Positions 27,223-38,000 of a stretch of DNA of 64,000 bases are shown in pieces. Both the position numbers and the translations under genes were made by a program. Every line of letters starts with the position of its first letter. Positions within the stretch are counted from its first letter, which is position 1. Location of the stretch: positions 67,002-131,001 of IMG/VR virus record IMGVR_UViG_3300025163_000238; one strand, 5' to 3'. This stretch comes from a virus. Taxonomy: Duplodnaviria > Caudoviricetes. The notes beneath the pieces are model-generated. The model searched no databases, had not been told where the DNA came from, and was given only the letters and a program-made list of their open reading frames with translations.

Positions 27223-29115
27223 ATGAAGACAACTATAATCACTTTTGATGAACAGAAGGGTGCTTTGATACAACACTTGTTGCAATGGAAAGACTTCCCC
27301 AAAATAGTGGCATGTGACGAATCCGATCGAACTTTGTACAGGGAGTTGGGGTGTGAAACAGTTCCACGTGGTATGAATTTCCTTGAAACGCTTAAGCGCC
27401 TTGTTTCAGCGGTTAACACTGACACATTTACTTTTATCTATCCGGGATGCTTTGTGAATCCTAATTACTTCATGGAAGCGGCTAACATTCTGAGGGCACC
27501 CAATGTAGGCTTATTAGCACCGAGTTTGGACGTTGCGGCCGGCCCACAAGCGACTAGCCAACATGTTCAGTTCAGACAGTCAGTAAGAGTAGCACCATGG
27601 TGTTTTAGTGGGCGTACCTCACAAATCAAGTCGAGCTTAAACACCAAACGTCTCTTACCAGGCTTCGATGTAGTCCCCCACATTTGTACTACTTTCGCTC
27701 TAGAAGGTTTGTTTCAGGTTGTGTGCTCCAAGTATATCCTTCAAGTGCCTGTAAGCTTGAAGGATCGTGTAAAAGAGGCTGATTTGGGACATTACTTACT
27801 AACCCAGCCGGTTAAGCCACTCAACCCTGTACTCGTTTACACGGGGCACAGTGGGGTCCCACCCCACGCGTCAACATTATTCTCAGAAGTAATAAAAGCA
27901 CCGCTTGAGTCAGTGGAGCTGCCACGTGACGCACTGGTGTTCGTATTAAATGAGGGAGAGGATTTTGACCCTTCAGTAACTAAAGAGAAGATCAAAAGAT
28001 TGTGTACACCCGTTGACCCAGCAACGCTTGCTTACTACGCGTGTGTCGTTAACGTGTGGAATGGGTACAAAGTTGGGAATCTTGATTGGTCTCTCAGAGC
28101 CTTCCGGGGTGGTACCTCAAGGTTGAACTCCATGGTACAATCAAACCCAGAATTAATACCTGAGGACGCAAAACGAACTTCGGGGATTGTCATTCACAGA
28201 AAGCTGAAGGACTTGCCAAGGGCGACACTAACAGTTCAGCCCCTTACCTCTTCCTCTCTCACAATAGCTACTATTATGAAGAACGAGAAGGATCGGCTTG
28301 CGGCTTATTTGAGTTTAACTCTCCCATTTGCTGACGAAGTACTATTGGTTGATACGGGCTCACAAGACAAGTCGGATAAGTACGCTAGAAAGTTCGGCGC
28401 AAGGGTTATAAACTTCAAGTTTAGAGATCACTTCGCTGAAGCACGAAACATGTATTTAAAGAAGTGTAAAACTAAATGGTTGCTCCACCTAGACGTAGAT
28501 GAGGTGACAGACTTCAAGAAAGTAATGAACTTAATTTTATCGAACCTTCCATCGGTAGATGGAGTTCAACTTCAGGTGTTGAACGTCATGAAACGTACTC
28601 GCTCGTATGTACATCAAGACGCGGTCCGCATCATCAAGAACCCGAACTCGTGGTACTATACAGGAAGAGTTCACGAAACTGTAGAAGAGTGCGCCGCAAA
28701 ACACTCTAAATCTTTAATCAGGGCATCTGGGTTAGTCATATATCATTTCGGTTACCTCTCCTCCAATGTCCCCAGCAAGTTAGAATACTATCGGAAGCTT
28801 AACGAATTACAAATGCAGGAAAACCCATACGACTGCCGACCTTACTTTAACCTCGCCCTACATGAGTTGAATCGCCAGGAGTTAACTGATGAACAAATTG
28901 ATAAAGTTATTAGGATGTTGAAGAGAAGTATAGAATTACACAGCACTTTCGTGCTCGCGAAATATGAGTTAAGCCGGTGTTACTGTTTAAAGGCTCTCCA
29001 ACTTATAGAGGACATCATGCAGCTTGCACCTCGTGATCATCCCTTATATAAAGAGGTGAGTGAGGTGTACGCTCTCTTGAAGAACTACACACGGCGTATT
29101 ATAGTTGAAGAATGA
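27223..29115 (+). CDS. GT2 glycosyltransferase with C-terminal TPR and degenerate N-terminal GT-like domains
   Basis: IATIMKNE, VDTGSQD, HFAEARN, LHLDVDE, GRVHE, IYHFGY, then TPR-like helices. Confidence 0.88.
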   Translation: MKTTIITFDEQKGALIQHLLQWKDFPKIVACDESDRTLYRELGCETVPRGMNFLETLKRLVSAVNTDTFTFIYPGCFVNPNYFMEAANILRAPNVGLLAPSLDVAAGPQATSQHVQFRQSVRVAPWCFSGRTSQIKSSLNTKRLLPGFDVVPHICTTFALEGLFQVVCSKYILQVPVSLKDRVKEADLGHYLLTQPVKPLNPVLVYTGHSGVPPHASTLFSEVIKAPLESVELPRDALVFVLNEGEDFDPSVTKEKIKRLCTPVDPATLAYYACVVNVWNGYKVGNLDWSLRAFRGGTSRLNSMVQSNPELIPEDAKRTSGIVIHRKLKDLPRATLTVQPLTSSSLTIATIMKNEKDRLAAYLSLTLPFADEVLLVDTGSQDKSDKYARKFGARVINFKFRDHFAEARNMYLKKCKTKWLLHLDVDEVTDFKKVMNLILSNLPSVDGVQLQVLNVMKRTRSYVHQDAVRIIKNPNSWYYTGRVHETVEECAAKHSKSLIRASGLVIYHFGYLSSNVPSKLEYYRKLNELQMQENPYDCRPYFNLALHELNRQELTDEQIDKVIRMLKRSIELHSTFVLAKYELSRCYCLKALQLIEDIMQLAPRDHPLYKEVSEVYALLKNYTRRIIVEE

Positions 29116-29711
29116 AGAATTTGTTACGTCATAACCCACTGTTTGAGCGGCGCTGTCAGGACTTTACTGTTCGTCGGTACACGCCCTGCATTTCACCCTC
29201 TCTCAAATGTCACAAAAATCGGCCCGTTAACATTTCAGCTACCATTAAACCTAAGTCGCAACTTAGGCTGATCCGTACTGATGATGGGGATAGAGTGAAG
29301 TGTAGTGTAGTAGGAAGCACAACAGAGACGTTGATTCTAGAAACCCAAGTACCATCTACAACAAGCGCCGAATACTCCTACCTGGACTACATTCAGTGTG
29401 GTACAGATTGCCAAGTAAGCTGCTATGTAAACAGACCTGAGGTGCAACTGCAGTTGGGCACTATAAAGGGGGCACTTGTTGACGCCAAAAGGGCGTTAGG
29501 GATGGACGAACTTGGCAGACTGGTTTTTATCAACACACAAGTGTTAGTGTGCTTACCCTCTGTGTTTTCGATCATGGCAGGTGATACAGTCGAATCCTCA
29601 AGCGGCATTTACGAAGTTAAGTCAGTGAACCCCGCTTACAGCCCACGTGGCGAACTCGAATTCTTAGAGTGTGATGTAACACAATTGTTCGACCCCGGAG
29701 CACGCTCATGA
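29112..29711 (+). CDS. Putative head-closure (stopper) protein
   Basis: Position; IMAGDTV...YEVKSV...LEC C-terminus. Confidence 0.55.
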   Translation: MKNLLRHNPLFERRCQDFTVRRYTPCISPSLKCHKNRPVNISATIKPKSQLRLIRTDDGDRVKCSVVGSTTETLILETQVPSTTSAEYSYLDYIQCGTDCQVSCYVNRPEVQLQLGTIKGALVDAKRALGMDELGRLVFINTQVLVCLPSVFSIMAGDTVESSSGIYEVKSVNPAYSPRGELEFLECDVTQLFDPGARS

Positions 29712-30088
29712 AGCTTACAATTAAGATATCAGGCCTAGAAGATATACACGCTGATCTGGAGCAAAGAAAAAAACGCACAATAGAAGTGATTTACAACGAG
29801 ATTCTGAAGCTTGTTTCAGCTAGGCCTATAAGTAGGGAGGAACTGCGCTTTTCTGGACATCCATATGCTCGCCGACATGGACTCAAGTACATTGAACCTG
29901 TTGTACACTTAAACACGGGGCGCTTGAAGAGCGCAATTAAAGTAAGGCGTGACGGGGTTGTGTTCGACCTCAGTGATTGTCCTTACATAGAATATGTCCG
30001 AAAAGGGACACGGATGATGTTACCTCGTTGGTTCGTGAAAAAGGCAATAGAAAACATGCAGGGCGAGTTAAGGAGAATTTGGTCATAA
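29708..30088 (+). CDS. HK97 gp10-like neck protein
   Basis: IKISGLE, TGRLKSAI, YIEYVRKGTRMMLPRWF. Confidence 0.8.
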   Translation: MKLTIKISGLEDIHADLEQRKKRTIEVIYNEILKLVSARPISREELRFSGHPYARRHGLKYIEPVVHLNTGRLKSAIKVRRDGVVFDLSDCPYIEYVRKGTRMMLPRWFVKKAIENMQGELRRIWS

Positions 30089-30504
30089 TGAGATATACAG
30101 TTGAAGTGTTGCACTACCTAAAGGAGATTTACGAACACGTCCTCCAATCCTTGAATCGAGGGTACCAACTAAACCTAGTGAGATCCCCGGTCATTACTAC
30201 ATCACTCCCTACTCCACACACCGCTCCTGCTAGCTTTGTCAAGTACGAAGTACAAAAGACTTCACTTTATGGGTTCTTTGACCTCAAGGTCGAGTTTGTA
30301 CTCACTGTCGCTATTGAGCACGATGTGGGAGGGTTAGCAGAGAGACTCGTCGCTGAAATGAAGCAACAACTCAGCGGACGCCTTTTTACTCCACACGTCT
30401 ACTTCGTAAGAACATCTCTAATGATTGCTGAGTCCTTAAATACATCAGAAAAAACGCGGACTTATACACTTACTTGCATATTCCAGGGGTTTGAAAAAGA
30501 ATGA
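30088..30504 (+). CDS. Putative tail terminator
   Basis: Position between gp10-like gene and tail tube; ATG 30088 overlaps the upstream stop. Confidence 0.55.
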   Translation: MRYTVEVLHYLKEIYEHVLQSLNRGYQLNLVRSPVITTSLPTPHTAPASFVKYEVQKTSLYGFFDLKVEFVLTVAIEHDVGGLAERLVAEMKQQLSGRLFTPHVYFVRTSLMIAESLNTSEKTRTYTLTCIFQGFEKE

Positions 30505-30695
30505 AGCAAAATCCACAAACATGGCGGTGTGACAAATGTGGTGCGCTTTTAGGTTTTGTTGACCTTCCTGACGTCTTACGAATTAAATACAAAGACGCGT
30601 ACACCCTAATAAATGTTGTCACAGGAAAAACCGAAGTAAAAGTCGTTTGCCGGAAGTGTGGCTTCATCAACACCAAGATACTCAAGCTCGCTTGA
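30501..30695 (+). CDS. Mu Com-like zinc-ribbon protein
   Basis: WRCDKCGALLG...VVCRKCGFIN. Confidence 0.7.
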   Translation: MKQNPQTWRCDKCGALLGFVDLPDVLRIKYKDAYTLINVVTGKTEVKVVCRKCGFINTKILKLA

Positions 30696-30775
30696 CTTTT
30701 AAGTCACACTGGTCCATTCAATGTTAGTCTAGGCAGTGACGCTTAGAAACTAATTTCAAGGAGGTGAAATGTAGT

Positions 30776-31324
30776 ATGAACGTTCCCGAGTACACTACCA
30801 AACGTTTATCGTTCGGCCCTGGTGTGTTATATCTTGGCGCAGCGGGGGCAACTCCTTCCAGTGATATTGGTGCGGTAAAAACAGGAGCTGTACTAACCAT
30901 CACTAGAGACAAGTTAGAGGTGAAACAGGGGTCACCCGCACAGCTGATCCAGCAGTGGGTTATCAGTGAGTCTGTAAAATTAGAGGTTCATGGGATGGAA
31001 TGGAACCTTGAGAACCTGAAGTACGCGATTGGAGCTGGGATCATCAAAACTGTATCGGGCGGTAAGACATTAGAGTTGGGTGGTACTATGAGCATCGAGG
31101 AATGCGCGCTCGAATTCGTACACCAGATGCCCGCCGGTGGTACAGTCATAGTTGACATTTGGAAAGCACAAGCGGGTGGTGAAATCGCAATCACCTTCGG
31201 TGATGACCCTCACGAGTTCCCTTATGTGTTCATGGGTTTAAATGCCACTACTGATTGGGCTGGGAACCCATTAGAGTCAGGAGCACAATTATGTAAAATC
31301 ACTTTATTAGGTGACTTTACTTAA
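30776..31324 (+). CDS. Major tail tube protein
   Basis: LSFGPGVLY, DIGAVKTG; upstream of chaperones and tape measure; SD favours ATG 30776. Confidence 0.82.
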   Translation: MNVPEYTTKRLSFGPGVLYLGAAGATPSSDIGAVKTGAVLTITRDKLEVKQGSPAQLIQQWVISESVKLEVHGMEWNLENLKYAIGAGIIKTVSGGKTLELGGTMSIEECALEFVHQMPAGGTVIVDIWKAQAGGEIAITFGDDPHEFPYVFMGLNATTDWAGNPLESGAQLCKITLLGDFT

Positions 31325-31363
31325 TAGCAATATAAATCCAAAATGACGCCCAGGAGGTGCAAT

Positions 31364-31768
31364 ATGGGACAAAAACCATTCGAGGAGTATTTAGAAGGTA
31401 ACAGGAAAGTTAAGCTCTCTTCCGGTAAGGAGGTAGAAGTACCGCCCCTTACTTGGGGAAGAGAGCTTAAAATCTACAAAGCATTGACTGAGGTTCTCAA
31501 GAAGCTCGCCGCGCCTGTAGACACTAAAACAGGTGAAGTATCGACAGTCACTTCCGATCAAATGTACTCATTTCTGTTGACTTTCGTGGACGAGGCTACT
31601 AACATCGCGGCTCTTGTGTTTGATCAGGATGCTCAATGGGTAACGGAAAACCTCACATCAAGTGATATGACCGAGTTTGTCCTCCCTTTATCACTAAACA
31701 TTTTCAACAAGCTCAGCAAGGGTATGACCGACGCTTTCACCGCTCTGTCGACACTGGAGAAGAAGTAG
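31364..31768 (+). CDS. Tail assembly chaperone (G-like)
   Basis: Position between tube and tape measure; AGGAGGTG SD. Confidence 0.75.
   Translation: MGQKPFEEYLEGNRKVKLSSGKEVEVPPLTWGRELKIYKALTEVLKKLAAPVDTKTGEVSTVTSDQMYSFLLTFVDEATNIAALVFDQDAQWVTENLTSSDMTEFVLPLSLNIFNKLSKGMTDAFTALSTLEKK
31684..31690 (+). other. -1 programmed frameshift slippery site C CCT TTA
   Basis: X XXY YYZ heptamer in the correct phase; the -1 frame is open from 31666 to 32013. Confidence 0.7.
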
Positions 31769-32013
31769 AAAAGACAATCGCTGCTATTGTTGACTTCATG
31801 TGTTCTGAATATGGCTGGACACCGAACCAGGTCTTCAACTTGACACGAGCCACAGTTTCCGCTCTATTAGAATCGGCTATGAAAAGGAAGAAGGAGGAAT
31901 ATAAATTTTATGCAAGCTGTGCGGGGGCTAAGTTACAAGAGGAGATTTCTACTTCTGAGGATTTACTACGCCAAGTGAAGCAGTCAGGGATACCGTTTGA
32001 GGTGAAGAAGTAA
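31690..32013 (+). CDS. Tail assembly chaperone frameshift extension (T-like)
   Basis: -1 frame ORF containing EYGWTPNQVFNLT; ATG 31798 lacks a good SD. Confidence 0.7.
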   Translation: MTKHFQQAQQGYDRRFHRSVDTGEEVEKTIAAIVDFMCSEYGWTPNQVFNLTRATVSALLESAMKRKKEEYKFYASCAGAKLQEEISTSEDLLRQVKQSGIPFEVKK

Positions 32014-35000
32014 TGCCGGAAGAGTACGTCGTTGAAGTAAGATTAGAGAACAAAGAGAGCTTAGATGTTCTTGCACACTCACTCAGTGAAGTTTATGGTG
32101 AGTTAAGACGTCTCAACACCTCACTTAACCAATTTCAAAAAGATGCTCTTACTACAGCACGCGCCGTCCAGGAATGCACGGAATCTATGCGAGATATAAC
32201 TCAGGAAATCGCTGAGAGTACAAAAGTACTAAAAACCCAAAATATTGTAACTCAAAAGTCAACAAAACAGACCACCCAACTAGCGTCGGCGAATCAGCGT
32301 ACAACCGCTGAGGTTAAGAAACAAGCAACGGCTCTAACTCAATTAAGAGGAGTAATGTTGGGTGTCGCGGCTGCGGTAGCTGTTGCCGTTGTCGCTTACA
32401 CAAAACAAGAAAAGATCCTAAAAGCTGTGAACATGCTTGAGCACCGTAAGCTTACTCTTGCGGTGCTCCTTAAAAAGGCGGTTGAAAAGAATCTCATCAC
32501 TTGGGGTACTGCTGCAAAAGTACTAGTAGGGTATGGTACGGGACTTAAGTCAGCCAGCTGGGCCGCAAACACCCTCACTAAATCAATGACAAAGACAGCG
32601 TTCGCTGCGGTGGTCAACACTAAGCAATTTCAAGAAGTGGCACGCGTCTTATCTCAGTTCACGACTACATCAAACATTGCAAGCGCTGCTGTAGAAGGAG
32701 TGAAGCAAGGACTAATTGAGTCAGCTAGAAGCTCTGAAGAGACCAAAGCGGCACTAGTTGGGATCTACTCTGTGCTGAAAACAATCGACGCCGCCAGTAA
32801 CGCATATCAACGGCTGACTACTACTCAAGAGATGAACAGGCGGAGCGCTCTGGAATTGACAGAACAAATTCTGAAGACAATTAACGCGAGTCAACAAGAA
32901 ACCGAGGAAATAGACAGAGAAGCTAAGGTAACCAGACACGCTACTATGGAAGCTGAGAGGCGAACAACGGTTCTAACATGGATGAAGCGGGCGTTAATCG
33001 GAGTCGCAGCAGCGGTAGCAGCGGTTACGATCTCACAACGTCAGCGGGAAAGAATTGAAAGTATTCTTTACAAGCTCGATCAGCGAAGGCACGTTATGGC
33101 GTTATCACTCGCTGCACGCCTCGCTGAGTACGAAGCGCAACACAGAACCACTGCGCGTGTTCTCGCATCGTTTGGTTCTGTTGTGTCGAGTTTAATAAGG
33201 ACCACTTACAACTACGCACGAGGCTCATATGATGCCCGTGTAGCTGTTAATGCGTTTACGAAAACAGTAAAGACCGCAATTACTACTACAGTCACCGAAT
33301 TACGCCGAGCCCCTACCGAATGGCTTAGACTAGTTAAATCCAGTTTTCTGGAAGCATCAAGGCTGATCGATGTTTATTTAGCATCCGCTACGGGAAGGAC
33401 GACCAGAGCGTTGGGTTTTCTCCTTGTTATGATTCCTAAGAACGTGGCTATAGCTTTAGTTTCGGCCTTGTCCGGCATTGTAAGTAAAGTTCTACCTACG
33501 TTCGTAAGGGAGCTGGGGGGCGCGCTACTAAGCGTTCGGGAGAATTTTGCTGAGGCCGCAAAAGGCTCTACAGCGCTTAAGGCAGCTCTCGTGTCGCTAA
33601 AGTCTTTGGCTAGAGATGTAGGAGTAGCCTTTATAAATCTCGGTAAAGGAGTACACACCGCGATCTTAACTGGTGTTGTTGCTACCACAACGCTGTCGAA
33701 ATCCGTTATGGATGAGGCGGCCAAATCAGCTACAACCTTTGGTGAAACCATGAAGGGTGTCGCAAAAGCATTAATCGCACCAGTCGCCGCTATCGTCACA
33801 CCCTTTACTGACCTCCCTGGTGTTTTAATCCCAAAGCTAAGGGAAGTGATGACTACCTTCAAGCAGTTTGAAGTTTCAACCTGGAGTCTGGCTCGCACCA
33901 CCTACGAGGCCACTAGAGAGTCAGCTTCTGCGTTAAGAAGCTTCGCCGCCGCGTCCAAAGTTTTCTTAGTTGCTCATTTAGACGCTGTGAAAGACGTTAT
34001 AGGAGCGTCGGTAAAGCATTTTAAAATTTGGCTAGCTACGTTGAGAGTCAGTGAGAAACAGATTCCTCTCTTGTTGAAACCCTTTACTCTATTACTTGGT
34101 TCCTTAGCGATTCTGTCAGGGAGGTTGCTGAAACTCTCCCCGTCATTCAAATCCTTTGGTACTACTATAGAAAGCGCCGGTTGGGCCCTGAACAGAGCTA
34201 GTTCGTTCACTCGAGTTTTCAGCGCTGTCACAACTAATCTTGATCGTGGATTAACTGAGATAACAGGCACTAGCAAGTCAGTAACAAGAGGATTCGGTGA
34301 GGTAGCAAAGGCAGCCGGGCTGCAAAAAGAATCAATTTTGGGTTTGCTTGGTGGTCTTGGTAAGTTAGTGGTCCACTACCTTTTGGTATATAAGTGGCAT
34401 TTGACTGTTGCGCACGGACTCGAAGCACTTTCCCACCTTATAGCAAATATTGGGAGAACTTGGGTCGCATCGCTTCACCACGCGTTTGAAGTTAGTGTTG
34501 AATTCCTTCGCACCGAGTTAGATTTAATCCGCGCGACTCAACGGTACCAGGAACTCACTAAGGATGCAACTAGAACAACAGCAGAGTGGGTGGATTGGAC
34601 GGACAAGCTCGCTATCTCCCTCGGTAAGGATATCGCTCCAATGAGACGCGTCACTGGTGTGTTGCTCGATTACGCTGCTGTGTATGGTTTAACTAGGAGT
34701 GAAACTGAACGGTTTATAAAACTGATGATTGATGTGTCTACGTATTTAGGAACTGATGTATTTATGGCACTACGCCACGTTCGTGGTGCCCTAGCTGGGC
34801 TCAGTTTGTCTGCTATGTATTTAGGCATCCAAGTAGAGGCGCTGAAAGACAGAACTAAACATTACGAGGAGCAGTTACGGAAGACCGGCGTCGCAGCGGG
34901 TGTCGATATAAAACAGAAAGCCAGATTGTTGGCTTTAATGGATGAGTTGAACTATCTGCAAGGAATGACCAATAAGTTGATGGATACAGGGTACGGTGCT

Positions 35001-38000
35001 GTTCATAGATACAAAGTTGCCCAGCAGGCACTTGCTAATGCGATTGGTGAAGCCGCCGCGCCCGCGATGAGTTCCTTATACAACATAATGACGAAGGTTA
35101 TTGGAGGTATACTTGGGTTGGGTCGCGGCTTTATGAGAGCGTATGTTGGTGTAAAGGCCTTCTTAGGTGTCGCGTTACAGTTCGCTGGATCTATAGGGGT
35201 CTTAGCTGCTAAGGTGTTAATCTTAATGGAAACCTTACATATGTTAGAAGTAGTTCTTACGTTCGTCAACAAGTCTCTCTACTCACTACCTATAGCCTCC
35301 GTTCCATTTTTACGTTCTATTTTACGAATGGAAGGTGAAGCAGTTAAGTTTAAGGATATCTGGACCGTCGCCGGTAACACAATACGCTTTGGAGCCCGTT
35401 TGGCGCTCCGTGAAATAAAAGATCTCGTGGTTAGTGGGGTCTCAATGCTGTCCAAACTCGCAGCCTCAGCTACCGCCGCTTCGAAAGCGTTCTTGACTAT
35501 AAGGGTTCCCACGTTCGCGGTCGCGACTCTTTACGGTGAACGCTTCGCTCGCGCTATTGCCAAGCAAGATACGGTTGCTTCAAGGTTAACCGAAACTTTG
35601 AGATCAGTAGGAAGGGCCAATCTTGAGACTGGTGTCCATATGGCCGCGTGTGCAACAAGCTTTATGTGGCTTAGACACAATGTAGTCTTATGCACTAAGA
35701 AGATCCTAGATTTCGGGAAAGCGATAGTGCAAATGGGGAGGTTGATTTTATTTGTACGTATCCCCGAACTCATTAAAAATTTCAAAGACTTAGCTATAAC
35801 AATAGCAGGCGCTGGTGTCGCTGTGGTTCAGTGGATGTCTAAAGCTCGTACGCCCGCAACAAAATACGCAGACACGATAGCTGAAACCGTGAGACGTACA
35901 CATGGAATGGAAGCAGCAACGCGCGCTTGGGGTGGTGCCTTTTTACAAGCGATAGGCCTTGTAAAGCTATCAGAAACAAGGTTCGCTGGTTTGTTAGGGA
36001 GGTTTCGTGGGCTAATAACTTTCATCTCAAATATTGGGATTGGTACGCTTGGTGTTCTCGGTGAGAAGTTTAAGCTTCTTTGGTCAATAGTTCGTACTGT
36101 AGGAGTAAGGTTCTCCCTCATTGCTATGGCTGTCCTTGGTGCCTTCAGGGCTTTTGAAAATCTGATTAATGCGATCTCGGAGACATTTGGCGTGACCATC
36201 AAGCTAACCACGGTGATCAAAGCAGTTGGTACTATCTTATACGACATTGTAAAACCCATCGTTTGGTTAGGGAAATTGGCAGTCGATGTTATTGCTGGTG
36301 TATTAACAGAGGCGTTTGCTGGGTTGTCTCTAACGTTAGGGCTTACCCTCAAGCTTTTAGAAAGGTTCCCTTGGATTGGGGGTAAAGTAAAAGGCTTAGG
36401 AGATAAATTCGTTGAGCTATCATTCCGGTTAGATGAGATGGCAAAAGGATCGAAGACATCAGTAAAAGCGACGCGTGATCTCCGAACTGAAATAGAGAAT
36501 TTGATTAAAACCCTGGAAACCCGCGAAAGGGAGAGAGGGTTAAACTTAGCTGTTGCTGAGTCTTATAAGGTACTAATTGAAAGAGCGATCGACTACAAAT
36601 ACGCGCTAGAAGCTGAACAGAAGCTGAGAAGGGATCTGGAAGAAACAAAGAAAAGTGGCATCCTGTCCGAGAGGGCACTACGGGCACAAAGAGAGCACCT
36701 CCAAAAAGTTACTTTAGAGGCGAATTCAGCAGAGAATAAGTTTAAGAAAGCTATTGAAGAGACAACAAAAGCTACAAAGACCGAGATCGATCAGGTAAAG
36801 AACTTAGGCGACGCCTACATAGAACATCTCCGTACCCACAGGGGGCTAGAACCAGCTTTAAAGGACCAGGCTACGCTGTATGGATTGATCAGTAAGGTTC
36901 AGGAAGATCAGGCTCGCTTAATGGTGGGGAGCGCGTCGGCCGCACAAGATCTCGCAAGCGACTTTGACCAGTTAGCGGATCTGTTCTCCAAATGGGCAGA
37001 GACAGCCGACGCTGAAGCGAAACCCGCGTTAGAAGCACAAGCAAAACACTTAAAGAAATTAGCAGAGGAGTTACGAGAGGTAGGAGGAAATTTAGAGGAA
37101 CACCCTGAGTTATTAGATAAACTCACAGATGCTTACACAAAAAGTGCCGCGGCAACTGCAGTATTCTCTTCTGAGACCAAAAAACTAAAATTACAACAAG
37201 ACCTACTAAGAGCCGCCATAGAAGCAGCGGCCAAGGCACCTCCTTTAAAACCAGAGACTCCAGAAGAGTTTAAAAAGCGACTCGCAGAGGTTGTCGCTAT
37301 AGAAAAGGAGCTCCGGAGAATCCGTGAGGAAGGATACAAAAAGCTTCAGATTCAAGCAGCACTGGGTGTAGACACACTTGATGAACAGATCAAACGTGAG
37401 GTAGCGCTCACCAGGAAGATTCGGGAGAAGCTCAACGCCTTAAGAGAAGGTTCCGAGGTGTATGAGGAGACTTTCCGTCAGTATCGCTCACATATCGAGA
37501 AAGTGGTTTCATTACAGACTCAGTTCATCAGCCAGGTCGCTAAATCATCAGAGGCATACCTTAGCGGAGTGAAAAGCGCGCGCGACTTTGAGGCACAGCG
37601 GCTTGAATTACTAAGAAGGGGCTCAGCAGAGTACGAGGCGGCTCATGCTAGAAGAAAGGCGTTAGACGCGGATTATGTAGGGAGCCTCGAACGAATAATT
37701 AGTGCTTACGAGAAGCTCGCAACGTCTGCTGTTGTAGCACCTCGCGCGAGACAAGCTGCATTAGAGCAACTTCGTTCAATACATACTAATCTCATTCAAC
37801 AGGTTCGCACCTTGCAGCTAGAGTATCTCAGAGCACAGAAGAATGTAGAAAAAATGCGAGACGCACTTGATGTCATGCGGATGGAGTTCAGACACGCTGA
37901 GGAAGATATGGTAAACGTTCACAAGTCAGCGGAGGATAGGAAGCGCGAGGCTTCCGAACGAGCAGAAGAGTATATGTCGAAAGCGTGGGACCGCTACTAC

